From positions 61,442,001 through 61,506,000 of the forward strand of contig OZ287752.1 in the NCBI GenBank assembly GCA_965649765.1: a stretch of DNA of 64,000 nt, in the 5' to 3' direction. Numbering within the stretch: the stretch's first letter is position 1; each line of letters begins with the position of its first letter. The position numbers were made by a program, and so were the translations under genes. The stretch comes from Bispira polyomma (taxonomy: Eukaryota). Shown one piece after another: positions 37,048 to 50,800 of the stretch. The notes under the pieces are model-generated. The model had not been told where the DNA came from, did no database searches, and saw nothing but the letters and a program-made list of their open reading frames with translations.

Positions 37048-37220
37048 GGCCGCGTTGGCATAGTGGTTAGAAACATCACCTTCACAATCACTGACCTCTC
37101 ACCGATGTGGGTTCGAATCTTATTCATTCCTTTATGAGGGAAAGTTTGTCAGGTACTTCCTGTAGGTCGGTGGTTTACAGTGCTACAGCACTGGCTTTTT
37201 TCACCATTCAATTTTGGCTA
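37048..37220 (+). mobile_element. tRNA-derived SINE family B
   Basis: TGGCATAGTGG and GGTTCGAATC boxes; aligns by eye with 4542-4745. Confidence 0.65.
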
Positions 37221-38075
37221 TTACTGCAGAAGCCACTTCCACCAGCCACTTTGACTGCTTCCACATCCCCTTTATTCACTTCATATGATATGATAGATTT
37301 TTAACGCACGTTATTGATGCCAGGCATCTTCTAAAGCACAACATCATTAACAAAGTTGTTAAAGTCCCTTTCTAAAGTAAATTTGTGTTCGGGGTGACGT
37401 GGACGAGAAAGATGTCTATAGAGGGTCAGCGAGGGTGAAGAGATGGGTCTTAAGGCTACTTCTAAACCCAGTAAGGGTTGACCTTGCTTTGCAAATTAAT
37501 GCAGAGTCTCTTTGCAAAATAATGCAAAATGATTTCTAAAGACACGATTTGTTAGACTATATTAATTGTATATTTCCCAAAAGTATGTTACTATATTTAG
37601 CAGAATTGTCAGCGAGGCAAGACCACAATTTGAGAATTTTTCAATTTGAACATGCTTGTATTGTTTAAATTATGAACACTGACCAATTCTTTAGTTTTTA
37701 AAATTGGACAAATGCACATGCTTTACCTCATTCAATTTTGTAATGTCCATTCCTTTACCGGTTTCCCACAATCGAATCTGAAATTGATGGTAGATATGTT
37801 ACCTGAAAAATAATAAAACCTGTGTAGAACTGTTGACACCTTTTAGAGGAACAGGATATGGATGTTTTCAGAAAATTGGAGTATTGCTGGAACAAGAGCA
37901 TTGAAGTGATACATATTGAGAAATAAAGGTATAAAACTTATGTATCAGTTGAAATTTCTGTCCCATCTACCCTAGCATCTAGCCTTTACTAAGGCTGACA
38001 ATATGCCAACAATCTTTATTTAATTTAATGATATTATATACACCCTTTTCAATAGTGATTGGCTATTATTAATAG

Positions 38076-38290
38076 TACTCTTGTTTAGGATTATTGTTTA
38101 AGAGCTCTATTTATAGTCAAAATACTTTTGGTTCAGATAAAGTGTATTATGACAGTGGATCTTAGATATCTTAGATACTCTTGTTTAGGATTATAAGAAT
38201 ATGTTAATTTTATTCAGGAGTTATAGTTATAATAGTCAAAAGACTTTTTGGTTCAGATAAACTGTATTATGACAGTGAATCTTAGAGCCT
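38076..38290. repeat. Two-copy ~100-bp tandem duplication
   Basis: tactcttgtttaggattat..tagtcaaaa.acttttggttcagataaa.tgtattatgacagtgRatcttaga occurs twice. Confidence 0.8.
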
Positions 38291-38722
38291 TGACAATTGG
38301 CAAAAGGTGAACAAAATGTGGAGAGAAAAATCTTGCCTGTCTGAAAAATACCTCAACTTGTGTCGATCGCATAGTTCTGAAAATGTTTTAAATAAATTAA
38401 AAAAAAAAAAATAATCACACATTAGAATGAATGTTATTATGCACCATTCCATGATATCTTTTGTCTTTTTGTCACAGAATCCAAGTCAAAAAGAGAGTCT
38501 CGTTTAATTGCTATTAAAACATACACACCAGCTCTCTCTGTGGTGACACACAGACCTATCTCTTGTGACAATGGAATGCAAAATAATTTTTCTTCTTCTT
38601 TTCTTTCTTAGTAAGCATATGTAATTATCTACAGGTACTACTTTGCAATTCTTATGTGTGTTTACTAATAAAAAATACCCCACCTTTTTACATCCAATTA
38701 TAATGACAGGTTTGGACTTTAG

Positions 38723-38724
<2 letters not shown>

Positions 38725-38770
<46 letters not shown>

Positions 38771-38888
38771 CACAAGAAACAAACCATCAATTTATATCAA
38801 TATTGCCAAAAAACCCACACACCAAAGAACCACATGGCACACAAATTATTTGTATATAAAAAACACATTGAAAACCTGAATATGTGTT

Positions 38889-38928
<40 letters not shown>

Positions 38929-39007
38929 GACTTTGTTTGTCTTACATGTAGTGTAGAAAGTTTGAGCAGAAGAATAAACCAATATATATATATATATATA
39001 TATATAT
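38725..39007. repeat. Three (TA)n microsatellites
   Basis: (TA)n runs at ~38725-38766, ~38892-38925 and ~38982-39007. Confidence 0.95.
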
Positions 39008-41699
39008 GATCTTAATATAGATCTCTTGTAATTAGTCTATTAGACTATAATAACTGACGACACCTTTTTTGTGTTCCTGTTTAGTAGGTTTTTTTTTGTC
39101 ATAGACGTTTTTCATGGTGACTATTAGGTTAATTAATGAGACCTGAAGCCAATGTACATTGTAGACAAGCTTTAAGCAAAATTGATGCATATTATATCTT
39201 TTTAAGTGATGGCACTGTCTGTGTGGGAAGATCTGTTAGTTGATGTATTTCACAAGGAACTTGTTTTGGGCTCTCATTTCCAATCTTTACAATATTGTAT
39301 TTATACATTCTATGGTACTTGTATGTATATGGCTCATACAACTCTCATGTACCCCAAATTAAGATATTTTACACACAGAGGATGTATATATTCCACACTT
39401 GTTTATAATAATCAAATGTACAGCAGAAATAACTGCCTGATTAAGGCCCGGTCTCATTCAAACGCATGATTGGTAGTATTAGTTGCATATTGAAAATCCT
39501 GGTTCATAGCTATCATCCACGAATAGACCACCCCAAACCCCTCTCCCCAGCCCAAAAAACCCTATGCCCTCTCTGCCATAAATTTGTGGCATGTTAAAAA
39601 CAATCTTTAATAAGACTGTGACAGACCTGTCGCAAAAGTAACATGTATATTCACGAACACCCACTAATGAGAAACGAAGACATAACAAACACTAGCAAAT
39701 TCCCACTAATACCTCACTAGTGGCAAGTGAAAGGTCACTAAAAAAAGAGCCAACACAACTTGCTACTGATGAGAAACATTTCAAAATATTCGTGGTGGCA
39801 GCGACTAATGCTAATGGATATCAACAAAGAGTTATGAAGCGCTCCTAATGTAGGCGTACCTAAAACAGAGTTGAAGTTTATTCTCACTGATGGATTCAAA
39901 GACGTTTGTGGTGCATTCGTACTGGCCATCCGTGTTACTGAGACCTAGGTATTAGGTAGACTATTGGAAGCGGGATACAAATCCAGAGAAAAGGAAGGCA
40001 AGCCACCTGGAGAAAAGCCATATGTTTGCATCTGTGGGGAAAAGTCCTAAGGCATTTTCCAGTGGTTGGAAAAAAGCCCCAATAAATTCTAACAAGGGAG
40101 ATATTTATTCTCAAATCAATGTAAAATACATTTGTGTCTTTAACCTTTTTCGGAAGTAGTATATTAATTTTGTTGTTCTTACAGTGCTGTAATGGTATAT
40201 TACAATAAATGTCAACAAGATTGACATTTTCACTAGTGCTTTCAGTGTTGTTTCACCAAATCAGATGTAAATTTGCAGAGGGCTTTTCTACTCAGGAGGT
40301 TTTCTCCATGTGGTTTTTTTCCGTCTACCAGTGGACGCGTCACATTCCTTGATATATATAGCTTATTAACCCACAATATTATGATAGTTAAGAAATTCAA
40401 GTTAATTAGCCTCAAACATAAATAGCTCTGTTGATGTTTTGTTTGCTACCTCAATATCAGAATGAAACCTGTTTGCTTATGTGTTTTTTTTGCACTTTAA
40501 TGGGTATTTTGTTTATATATTCATCTAAAACTGACAGTGGGAACAAAACCTTATTATTCCGAGGAAAACTATGCTTGGAAAGTCTATTCTCTGTCACAAG
40601 GTATATAAGGCTTTAGTTTGGAATGTGAAAATACAAATTTTATAAGAAATTTATGTGGCTTTGCTGTATTGCTTTTGCATCAATTAACACTTACAATTGA
40701 TGAATCTTATATACCATGAAGCATCTATGTATAAACAATTTGAGTTTCTGCAATAATAAAACACCAAGGACTTAGGCATACATAACAATAGAAAGGCGCT
40801 GTTTGACTGTATAGTAGGTACACATTTATAAACTAGATAACTATTAAAACATTTCTTAAATTCATATAAGGAACAAGTTTATTTGTATCCCCAAGGCCGT
40901 AGGCCCATAATACAAATTGATTGACCAAGTTCAAATATATATCTTTCTCATTGGGGGGGGGGGGGGGGTGCTTTAGGACCTGAAATATAACAAAAGTGAT
41001 AGATAATATAGGACAAAGAAACAACAAACTATCCATCTAAACATTTGATTGATCACATTGATTCAATTCCAGCAAATATAATTCATACCTATGACAAAAG
41101 ACTATGAATAAAATTATTGATCTATTATCTCGTAGATCACAAAGAAGAAGTTTTTATATTAAAATTTTTTTCCTTGGTACAATGACAGTATTAGGACCTG
41201 TGTTTAATCAATGTGGTTTTAGAGGATGCATTGTTATCTGTCACTGCGGCCTAGTTGTTAACACACTTCCTTGAGAAGACAGAGGGCATGGGTTCCAATC
41301 CCAAACTGGAACTCCGAGGTAAAAGAGATGATGCTGTCTTGGATTTGCCACATAAAATGGCCGTCCCTATGTCACCAAGTCCTATCACTGACAAGCTAAA
41401 AATCCTTGGGAATGTTGACAAATGGTGTTATCCTTAAACATCTGTCTTCTGTTAGGGCAATGACTGTGACTGTTGCTGGATTTCAGGGAAGGATGCTTCA
41501 ACTTTTGGAGTGGATCTAGATGGAAAGGCATATCCAGGAATTGCATTTTTACTTATTTTTTTTGGAATTGTGTCACCTTGGCGGAGGTAGGCACCCAGCT
41601 GTGAACCCTTCTTAATTTTAAATTCAAACACATTCTTGTCCCTGACGTGTCTCTTCTAATGACTGATCTAGTTAGATGGTATCTGACGTTAATTCTTCT

Positions 41700-42310
41700 G
41701 AGAGTTACCCTTCTTATCAGATTTCACCACCAAACAAGGACAATGCCCTTCAGGAATGGTGTCTCTAAATGAATGAAGTAAGTAACCTTCAAAAATGTTT
41801 AAGGGACAAAGTTAAAACTTATATTTTGATTATTCTTTAGCCCAATGTCCCATAAATAGGTGAATATATAATTCCTGACACTCCATTGGAATCAATTATC
41901 CCACGAATAAAGCCTCCATCTTTGGATGTACATGTAACCTGATCAGAAATAAACTATTCATCCACTAGGCCGCCATGGGTACAGTTGTATGAGCAATCCA
42001 GGCTACAAAGTTCTCCAAATCCCCAGGTTTAACATAAGTCAGTATAGAAGTAAAAAGTATTTCCTAATTAGGTAATTTATTTAATTTTCACACTCCACCA
42101 TCTTTGTAGAACTCCCTGCCTCTAGCTATCAGAACCAGTTCAGCCACATCAGTTTTTTTTAATCTATACTCAAATCATTCCTGTTCAACCAATCCCTTCA
42201 GTTAAGCTCATCACCCAAGGTACTAAGCTATTCTGCTTATTTTCCCTACTCTGGATGTGTCCCAGGACTATGAAATGATTAGTCTCAGATTGAATCTCAC
42301 ATTGTAAAGG
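41700..42310 (-). mobile_element. Possible highly degenerate LINE ORF2 fragment
   Basis: Scattered motifs (YLG, KDGGV) in broken frames; weak. Confidence 0.3.
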
Positions 42311-44267
42311 CGATAAAACACAAACAAAGACGAAAAGAATGTATTAGTATGAGTAATATTTAATGACTGTTGTCAATTGACTATCGTGGACAGGTAAAGT
42401 AGGATATGACATTACATAAATTGAAAATGTTTGTAACTATGATTGACACACACGTTGTGTTAATTTAGAAGCATTAATAAACACAAATAAACATAAAATT
42501 CCTATACTCTGCATGTGATATTTTATTTTGAGGCTATATAAAGCTTTAGTTAATTAAAAAAGACAACTTTTATTCCCAACTATGGAACTAAAATCATTTG
42601 AAACTGACCTGTTATTTATTTTTTCTAAGCTGAAACAAAAATCTCTCTGAAATATCCACACTATTTTTATTACAATGTTTGAACCCCAGAATCATTTCCA
42701 AAAGAAGTTGAACAACACACCCTTCCGTCGCACTCTGTAGGGGTATCCGACCAGTAGGTGTTTTATGCCAGAGTTAATAATTTATACAAACACTTATTTA
42801 GTGTCTTATCCACATGCTTGAGTTCACATTAAAAGAGAGCCTTAAATGTCATGTACGCTCAGAGAACATTCAAAACCTGTCTTTTTCAGGAAAGGTTTAT
42901 TGCAAATGATGTCTAGATAACCAACCACCACCCGACAGTGGTCTGTCTTTATCATACATTTGGATTTGGCATCTGTTCTGACTGAAAACAGGAATATGTG
43001 CTGATGAAACACCTAGCCTTTCTGTTAGCTCTTATTATTTTTTTTCTGTTGCTGTTGTGTTTATTTAGCAATGTAAGAAACACATATGTTGTGTGTATAT
43101 TCATTTTTGGATTAAGACACTCCATAATAATTTTAACCATCAAGCTAAAAACTGACAACAGTAATCACATGTTTGTGTGCAGTTCACCCAGCGTTGAATG
43201 GGAAGCGATATCTTAAGTATCTTTACAACTGGTGTTTGCCCAGTAGGTCTTTCTAACGTTTATTATTTAGAGGTATGTGTTGAACTTTTTAAGTAATGTG
43301 TTGTTTTTGTTGTTAATAATGATGGTCTTTATAAAGATCTATACTGTAATAATTACCATAATGGTTTGAGAAAGTAATTTGAGGCAAGTGTTGTTTGTAT
43401 AATTAGTAAAAATGTACCTGGAGGTTTGTGATATTTATCAATGTCTAAGAAGTACTTTTTCTTGTGTTAATTTTTTGGATATCTTGCTTCTATCCAATAT
43501 ATATAACTATGTCAATTGCTAATACTGTTGTACCATAATAAGCATATTCATATTTAAGACTGTACTTAACTTAGAAAATTAAGTTAACCTTAAATGATGT
43601 ATAAGTTGCGTTAAGTATAGGGTGACCTTAGTTTAAGGTACCCTTATGCAAATAAACAGAAAAACGTATAGCTACTAAAACTTGATGTTAGATAAATAAG
43701 GACCCAAAAGTTGTTTATATGCTGGTGTTGTCCTTTCTTGTAATGAATTGTCATGGCTTCCTTACCTGGATCTAGAGTCAGCCCTGTGGATGGGCAGCAG
43801 GCGGTACGTAAAAATGCTGGCGTTGTTGCTAAAACACTCAATGACGGGTTATGAAGGAATGAACAAAAGAACTAATGTCCAGTGCCAATTGTATGTGTCA
43901 TTTTGAAGGTAATTGAGTGTGGAGTTACAAATAAAATGAAATGTTACAGTCACTGCACATAACATGGCATGACCTATCAGTCCCTAAAATTAATGGCTTT
44001 ACGGTAATTATCACTAACAATTTTTTTTACTAAGCTCTGGCCAATGAGTGACCACACAGAGTGGGGTCAATTCCCACCATTTCTAAAGTAAATCATTATT
44101 GACCTCAGAACTGACAAGGTTACACTGAATTTTAAGAAAAAAAACAACGCCTTATTGGAAATTTTATGCAAGAAAGTTTTATATTTACAAGTTTTAGTGG
44201 TGTGTTTATTTTTAAGAGCTTTTAGTTGAACAAGTGTACATACAATACAGGATAGTATATTATATAT

Positions 44268-47200
44268 GTGAAAATGGGGAAAACAAAAAGGAAAATACTG
44301 TTAGTTCAAGTTGAATGCTCTAGATGCCAGATAAAACACAAGCGACCAATCGGGAAGCACTGTACAAGAGATACAGATCAGAACACAGTCAACACGGGGG
44401 CAGAGGGAGAAGATATTTACTCTGTCGTGGATCTGAACGAGTCACATGCAGTGAGTGTTCCTGATAATCAATATCAACAACTCTTTGAACGGCAGCAAGT
44501 TATGATGAACACTATTATGAATACTGTAGCACGTTTAGAAAAAAGTCATACCTGAAATAAAACAGAAACACATTGCAAGTGCCAGAGAAATGTCATCAGA
44601 ACAGGTGGATTAGATTAACCCAGTAATTCAAAGCTGTCACCAAGACCTCCACAGTAGTCAACAACCAAGTCCTTTAAACCGTTCAATACTGGCTCCCCGA
44701 AAACCAAAAAGTGTCATAGAGGAAATCATCAGTTTCCTCAGTTTACACAGGCGACGTTATCAACTCCAAACTTCAATAATGGCATCATGCAGAACAGTCA
44801 GCACACTCAACCTACGTTTCCATATTCAAAACAGTAGTTGGCAGGTGGGCTTAGCGAGGGTCTTCATGACATAACATCGAACACCAATGTGTTACGCCAA
44901 TCTTCTAGAATTCAAAACAAAGTTATAGCTAGGTTACAGAGGTATGAAGTGATGGCAACGGAAGCCATGATGCATGGTAAGTCACACTTAAAGAGAAAAT
45001 CAGGGAGATACAATGTGACAGATACATGCACCACGGATGTCATTTTTGGTGGCCTAACGAAGGCTGCTTTTTTGGCTTCAATAAATCAAGTTCCCTATGA
45101 TGACCTTACAATAGGACAATTTGCAGCGACACAAGTACATAATATTCCTGAGACGTTGAATCCAACTATGAGCAGAGCAATGCTCAAACAGCTAGGCGAT
45201 ACACTACATGATGCTACGAATATTTCATGACAGGTGGCAAAAGGTGCGTATGCATTAATATGCATGACACAGAAGAGGGACGTTTGACATGGTTGGAGAA
45301 TCTTATTCCCAGGCGTTGATGAGGGCAAGTACACATAACCAGAACAACTCTCAGCATACCAATAATTCGAACTTCACAAAAAGAGCTTGCCATGTCGATA
45401 TTACCAGAAAGGACAATGTACACATGAAGGGGACCATGAGAACGGGATGACTTTTCAAGCATATCTGCAACAATTGCTACAAGGTAAACAAGGGGGAGAA
45501 CAGCCACCCGGAAACAAAAGTTACACGGACGGCTGACGAGGAACACAATGCAATAGGGGTCAGGACTGCACACAACAACAGCAACTGAGTCACAATGTTA
45601 TGTAAGAGTACATAATGAGTTAAGTGTGCCTGAGAATGAGTAGGAGTTATTTAAAAAAAGGTAAATGGACGAGAACCAGACTAGATACCAGTCCAGTTAA
45701 TTTAGAACTAAATCTAGTTAGGAATTGTAATGATTACAATAAAATTAACAGTGAGAAAGACAAAATAGATGATTGAATATTACATATAATTCTGAAAAGG
45801 ATCTCTTTTAAGTCCCAGCAATTTATATGGACATAAACTATAATTTATTGTAACAATCGACACAGGAACAGTTTCCTTGAATTTGGTTAAATTGACCAAG
45901 TCAGAGAATGGGCGAAATTGGGGACAAAACATGTAAATCTCCATTTCAATATCTTGTCACTTATTTTTGTGCACTTAATTTGTTTAAATATTTATTGTAG
46001 AAAAGTATTTTATCCTCACTGCAGTTATTACCTCATTCAATAAAAAAAACCGCTGCTGCTTTGTTTGCGAGACCTTCCAAAAGTGGGTGGGGCTTAGCCG
46101 ATTCGTGAAAAGGTCAATTATAGTTGAAACAATAATGCAATATATGCTACCATGAATGTTGCAAATGTCAATTGCCAGTCTGCCTTGTACTAGGACATTG
46201 TGACATATTTGCTAATTAATTTTTCACATGATTACTAAATGATTGAAATTAGCAAACATATTATCTTTTTAGTAATAAGTTATTATTAGCACAAATGTAT
46301 CGGGTTGTTATAACATTAACATTTCATATACAATTTTATTGGGGCTTTTTACTTTTGTTATTCAATGTACATTTAAATTTACTGTATTTACATTTATAAA
46401 GGAAGTTGAAGCCCAAAGCACCCAAACACACGATCAGTTGAGATTTATAAAGCCAACCAAAAAGTATTTAATGTTTATGTGAATGCCTCCTCAGAAAAAG
46501 TATCTGGTTTTCTTAACAATATGGTCTATACTGCTGCTATTCCAGTTGAAGTGAAACACTGTCATTCTACAGTACATTTTGGGTTAGCAAATTTATTAAT
46601 GACCCTTAAGATATGATGTTTACAATGGGAAAATGGTCATAAATAAAAAAAAAGTCATAATATGGTGTGACAATTATTCAGTTGTTAGTTATTTTACTTC
46701 TGGTAAAGCTAGAGACCTGTTGCTTCTGGCATGTTTTCGTCTAGCTTAGTTCTACCTGACTGCATATAATATGGAATTAGAAGTTAAACATATTAGAGGT
46801 ATAGACAATACATATGCTGACATATTGTCGAGATGGCATACACATTGTAATGCTGACACAGTGAAAGTTCAGTTTCTTAAGAAATGTCAATGGCAAACAG
46901 CTCATGGTGATATGCTATATACTAATTTCCATATATAACTGGAAATTAAAGTTAATGGTACAAATTATTAGTATGTACTAATACTGTCCCACTATATTTC
47001 CAAGACTATCATATTCTGTGTAGAATTATTAAATCAGCAGGGCCTAAGGGCTGCTTCCTTACGTAGTCACATATCAGTTTAGCTCACATTTCGGCTTATG
47101 CATTTGTATGTTGCAGTTTCTCTTTCACTTGATAACACTTTTTCTCTCTGTAGTGATGTTTCATAGGCATAGAGCATGTAGCAAGTAGACGGTTAAGCTA

Positions 47201-48520
47201 GATATCTAAGTCGAGTTTACATTGGAGATTTTTTTTGTTACAGGAGATGGTGACTTTTGATATTGTTCCATCAGTGTACAATACTGCAATTATAGCCCCC
47301 CCCCCCCTCTTTCTTCCCTTCTTCTTTTACACACAAATTACATTCTCCCGTCTTCATCTAGGTGCTGCCCCCCCATTACAATTAGACATAGGGTCACCTC
47401 TCCTCCATTCTCATTGCTAACAATCGTGTTCACCTTGATATTGGTGTCAAATGCCACCTTTCCTCCTCATGTCTGTAAGGCCATTTAACTTGTAACATAA
47501 AGTCCTGAATTTCACAAGAACAACTATAAACAAGGATACTCTATCAACTGTTTGGCAACTACGAGTCGATATACACATATGCTCACCCGCAATTTTTAAC
47601 ACAACTGTTTAGTGTTTTATCTGATGCTAGTCATATCATAAAGGTATTCAATCATGCGGCAGGAAGCTCAGTGTACAATATGGCTGGATTCTACTGATGT
47701 TGTAGAGTCGGACTTGGAAGATGGTCAGCTGTTCCAGAGTCTGCTCTTTCCCGCAGCACAACCTTGCTCTGGTGAGTTTAACCGGCACTCCTGGGAACGT
47801 TCCCCTATATATTACAGCAGCAAAGTAAAGGTAGTACCGCCTCATCTTCACAAAGCAGTAGCATGACTAGCAACAAGCTAGATTCCAGTCGCTGGAGAAA
47901 AACAACAGGCAGCTGCAGCAGCAGATGGATGAACAGCAGCATGTGAGTAGCAGCAGTTAGGGTTCTCACAGCCAGACTACATCCACCACTCATATATTGG
48001 ACAGCTTGCCTAAAGAATTTCATAAGTGTGTCGCGGTGTTTGTGTGATGATGTCAAACATTAAAATAGAACACGTTGGTCCTTCTTTTGTTGGATGATGA
48101 TTAGGACTTGGATGCTCCTAACTGGCTTTAGTGGATTTTTCAGGTTTTTAAACCTAGTGCCTTCTAGTATCAGTCAATTCAACCCTCAGAGGCATTTGAC
48201 CTGTGAGGATTTTTATATGGCGTTCATGTGATACTCTGCTGGGCCAAAAACCTGCAAAAATATAACCAGTATCATATCGTGTGGTTACCTGCATTAATAC
48301 AGAATGCTTTATTGTGTCCAGTATTAGCTTTAAGATATATGTTTGAAAAAAAAAAACACAACAAAAACATGTGTGATTCACCAGTAGTTATAGGCCAAAG
48401 ACACCAAAGTCAATGGGCAATTAATATCTCCTACAGCCAAAATGTTAGGCGTGTATTAAGAGAAATAATCATGTCTTTGTCCCTAAATCCTCAGTCTTTT
48501 AGCTGTCATTCCTTTCGCCG
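44268..48520 (+). mobile_element. Decayed DIRS/Ngaro-type tyrosine-recombinase retroelement (gag and YR relics, with unrelated sequence between)
   Basis: gag-like C-x2-C-x3-H-x6-C (CSRCQIKHKRPIGKHC) and KRKSGR..YDDLTIGQFAA. YR C-terminal half LP..LCPVLAL..Y..VRRVLR..LSLNP..FSCHSFRR at 48228-48520. RT not recognisable. Confidence 0.7.
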
Positions 48521-48525
48521 CTTGC

Positions 48526-49890
48526 TGTTAGATGTTAGATATGTGTATATATAATGAATGCCCAAAAGTGTGATACATTTGTGTTTCAAATGCATCTTAT
48601 CAACATCACTTTTGTCCCTTTAGCTGGGGCTGACCTGTAGACTGGTGTATGAGTTGCACAGCACTAAATGTCAGTCCGAGGAAGCCCCCCACGTATTTAA
48701 TACCTTTACTCAATGCCCAGAATGGACTGCAGTGTGTAGAGTGTCACAATAATCTTTTAAAAACCCTTGTTTGAAATGTTAGTTGAAATAAATTGTTTGC
48801 TGGGAGAAGTGCTGCTGGATTTTCCACCCTCCTCACCCTATGAAGTATAAAATAAACGTTTTACAGATAGATGTTATTATTGAGATTATTATTGAGATCA
48901 GTATTGAGATTATTATTGAGATCATTATTGAGAATAGGACTTTGTTGTTGTTTGAAGTGTAAAATATTACTTTAGAAAATATTGCACATTATGGCACAAA
49001 AGGAAAATACCAAGAAGAAGTAGATTGAGCATGTGTAGGTGCAGGATGAGCAAAAGCAACAATTTATCGTCCCAGAAATAAAGCATTTCCACATCCTGAT
49101 GATGGAGGAGAGGGAACCCAGGAACCTTATGTAGAGGATGAGACACTGATTGTTATTACTAAGATTTTGATCTGGATTGGTCATTCCGTTGGCCAACTTA
49201 TCTTAGTGTCCAACCACTGAATTATAATGCCCTTACGACTTATTGTTTAGATTGCAAGTAGACTTATCTTTACCAATGGGGGATGTCGGGAACCAAAAAA
49301 GTGAAGACTTATCGGGCTGATCGCTCATAATGCTAACAACTTATCGGGGCTGTTGTATGACTCATTGTACAGGTTGCGGCAACGTATTTTTCCCGCACTT
49401 TTTTTTTAAACAACATGGAGAAATGCCAAGGATTGGTCACAATCTTATAATCGGGGCCTCTCTCCGATTCTTTGTGATAGTGGAATATCCCGAATAAGGT
49501 TTAAGGCGAGATATTTTGACAAATTCTCTGAGACGTAGGATAAGTCTTTGCACAAATACTTAATGGTCTTTTAGTTTATTTTTATTTAACAAATGTGACT
49601 TAAAGTTGATTAAGGTAACCTTAACTTAAAAATAAATTAACACAAACCTTAACTTAAGGCGACATTACTAATTTTAATTATAGATAAACTTTATTATAAA
49701 TAAGGGGACATTCGCCTTTATGGTCACCTTTCAATAAAGATAAATGGTAGATATTTTAACTCACTGACCTTTAATGTTAGATGTTAGATATGTGTATATA
49801 TAATATATGCTTAAAAGTGCGATATGCTGGTGTTTCACATTCATCTTATCAACATCACTTTTGTCCCTTATCTGGGGTTGACCTGTGGAC
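48526..49890 (+). repeat. ~115-bp direct repeat pair (48526-48643 and 49776-49890)
   Basis: tgttagatgttagatatgtgtatatataat..catcttatcaacatcacttttgtccctt..tgacctgtRgact occurs twice. Confidence 0.85.
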
Positions 49891-50024
49891 TAAAGTGACT
49901 TTGTGTTGAAACTATATGTTAGGGTTTCATTTGCCAAATCAGCAACATATATCATATATTGCCATATCTTCATGCAATGTATAGATAACACCTTTGACTT
50001 ATTAATGTGTGGGAAAAACAACAG

Positions 50025-50266
50025 GGTCCGTATTCTCGAACGTATACTCAGCTTAAACTCATACTCAACTCAAATATAGACCATGTGGAAATAATTGTAC
50101 ATGGAAATAACCTATACTTGTGACCATTCATTTTAATAGAGCTTTTAACCCTGAATTCAAATATGAAGTCAGATTTTGGTTGTCTTTGCTGTATCCAGAG
50201 TTATAGAGAATCCAGATTTGCGCTGAGTATGAGTTTAAGCTGAGTATACGTTCGAGAATACCAGCC
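50025..50266. mobile_element. PIF/Harbinger-like MITE with a 38-bp perfect inverted repeat
   Basis: 50030-50067 is the exact reverse complement of 50224-50261; CAG on both flanks. Confidence 0.88.
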
Positions 50267-50399
50267 CAGAGGTTCTGATATCATTCTAGCCTTGGTAAAG
50301 TATAATGTTTCCTATATAATGTTTCCTATATAATGAGTCTTTAATTAGTTTAGTTATGTAAATACAATAAAAACTTGCTTCCTATTCGCTATCGAATCC

Positions 50400-50800
50400 T
50401 GTTTAAAAAGCACGTAACCATTTTTAAAGCTGTTATCTCTCAACTACCTTGCTACTAAGCTACTAAGATCTCCTTCAGCAGCCTTAAAAGGGGAAAAAGA
50501 CTGTTTCCTCTAAAAAACCCACCAAGAGGGTTGGATTTAGAGCCTTCTCGGTCACCGCCCCAATGTTATGGAACAGTCTTCCAGTTGAACTCAGACTGCT
50601 CCATACACTTTCTGGTTTTAGGAAAAGGCTTAAAACATATCTCTTCGGCCTCGCCTATCCGCCGTAGTCGTTCTCCTGAGCGCTGATGCATCCATCCTTA
50701 CGATCTAGCTATGTTTTTTCATTTTTCTATTGGCTGATTGATTCTGATATTGCGCCTCAGAAGATGCCTAGCATCAATAAGGAGCGTTAAAGATGTACAA
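50400..50800 (+). mobile_element. L2 LINE 3' fragment
   Basis: RAFSVTAPMLWNSLPVELRLLHTLSGFRKRLKTYLF plus tail agatgcctagcatcaataaggagcgttaaa. The tail also occurs reversed at ~23385, ~37282 and ~60540. Confidence 0.78.
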
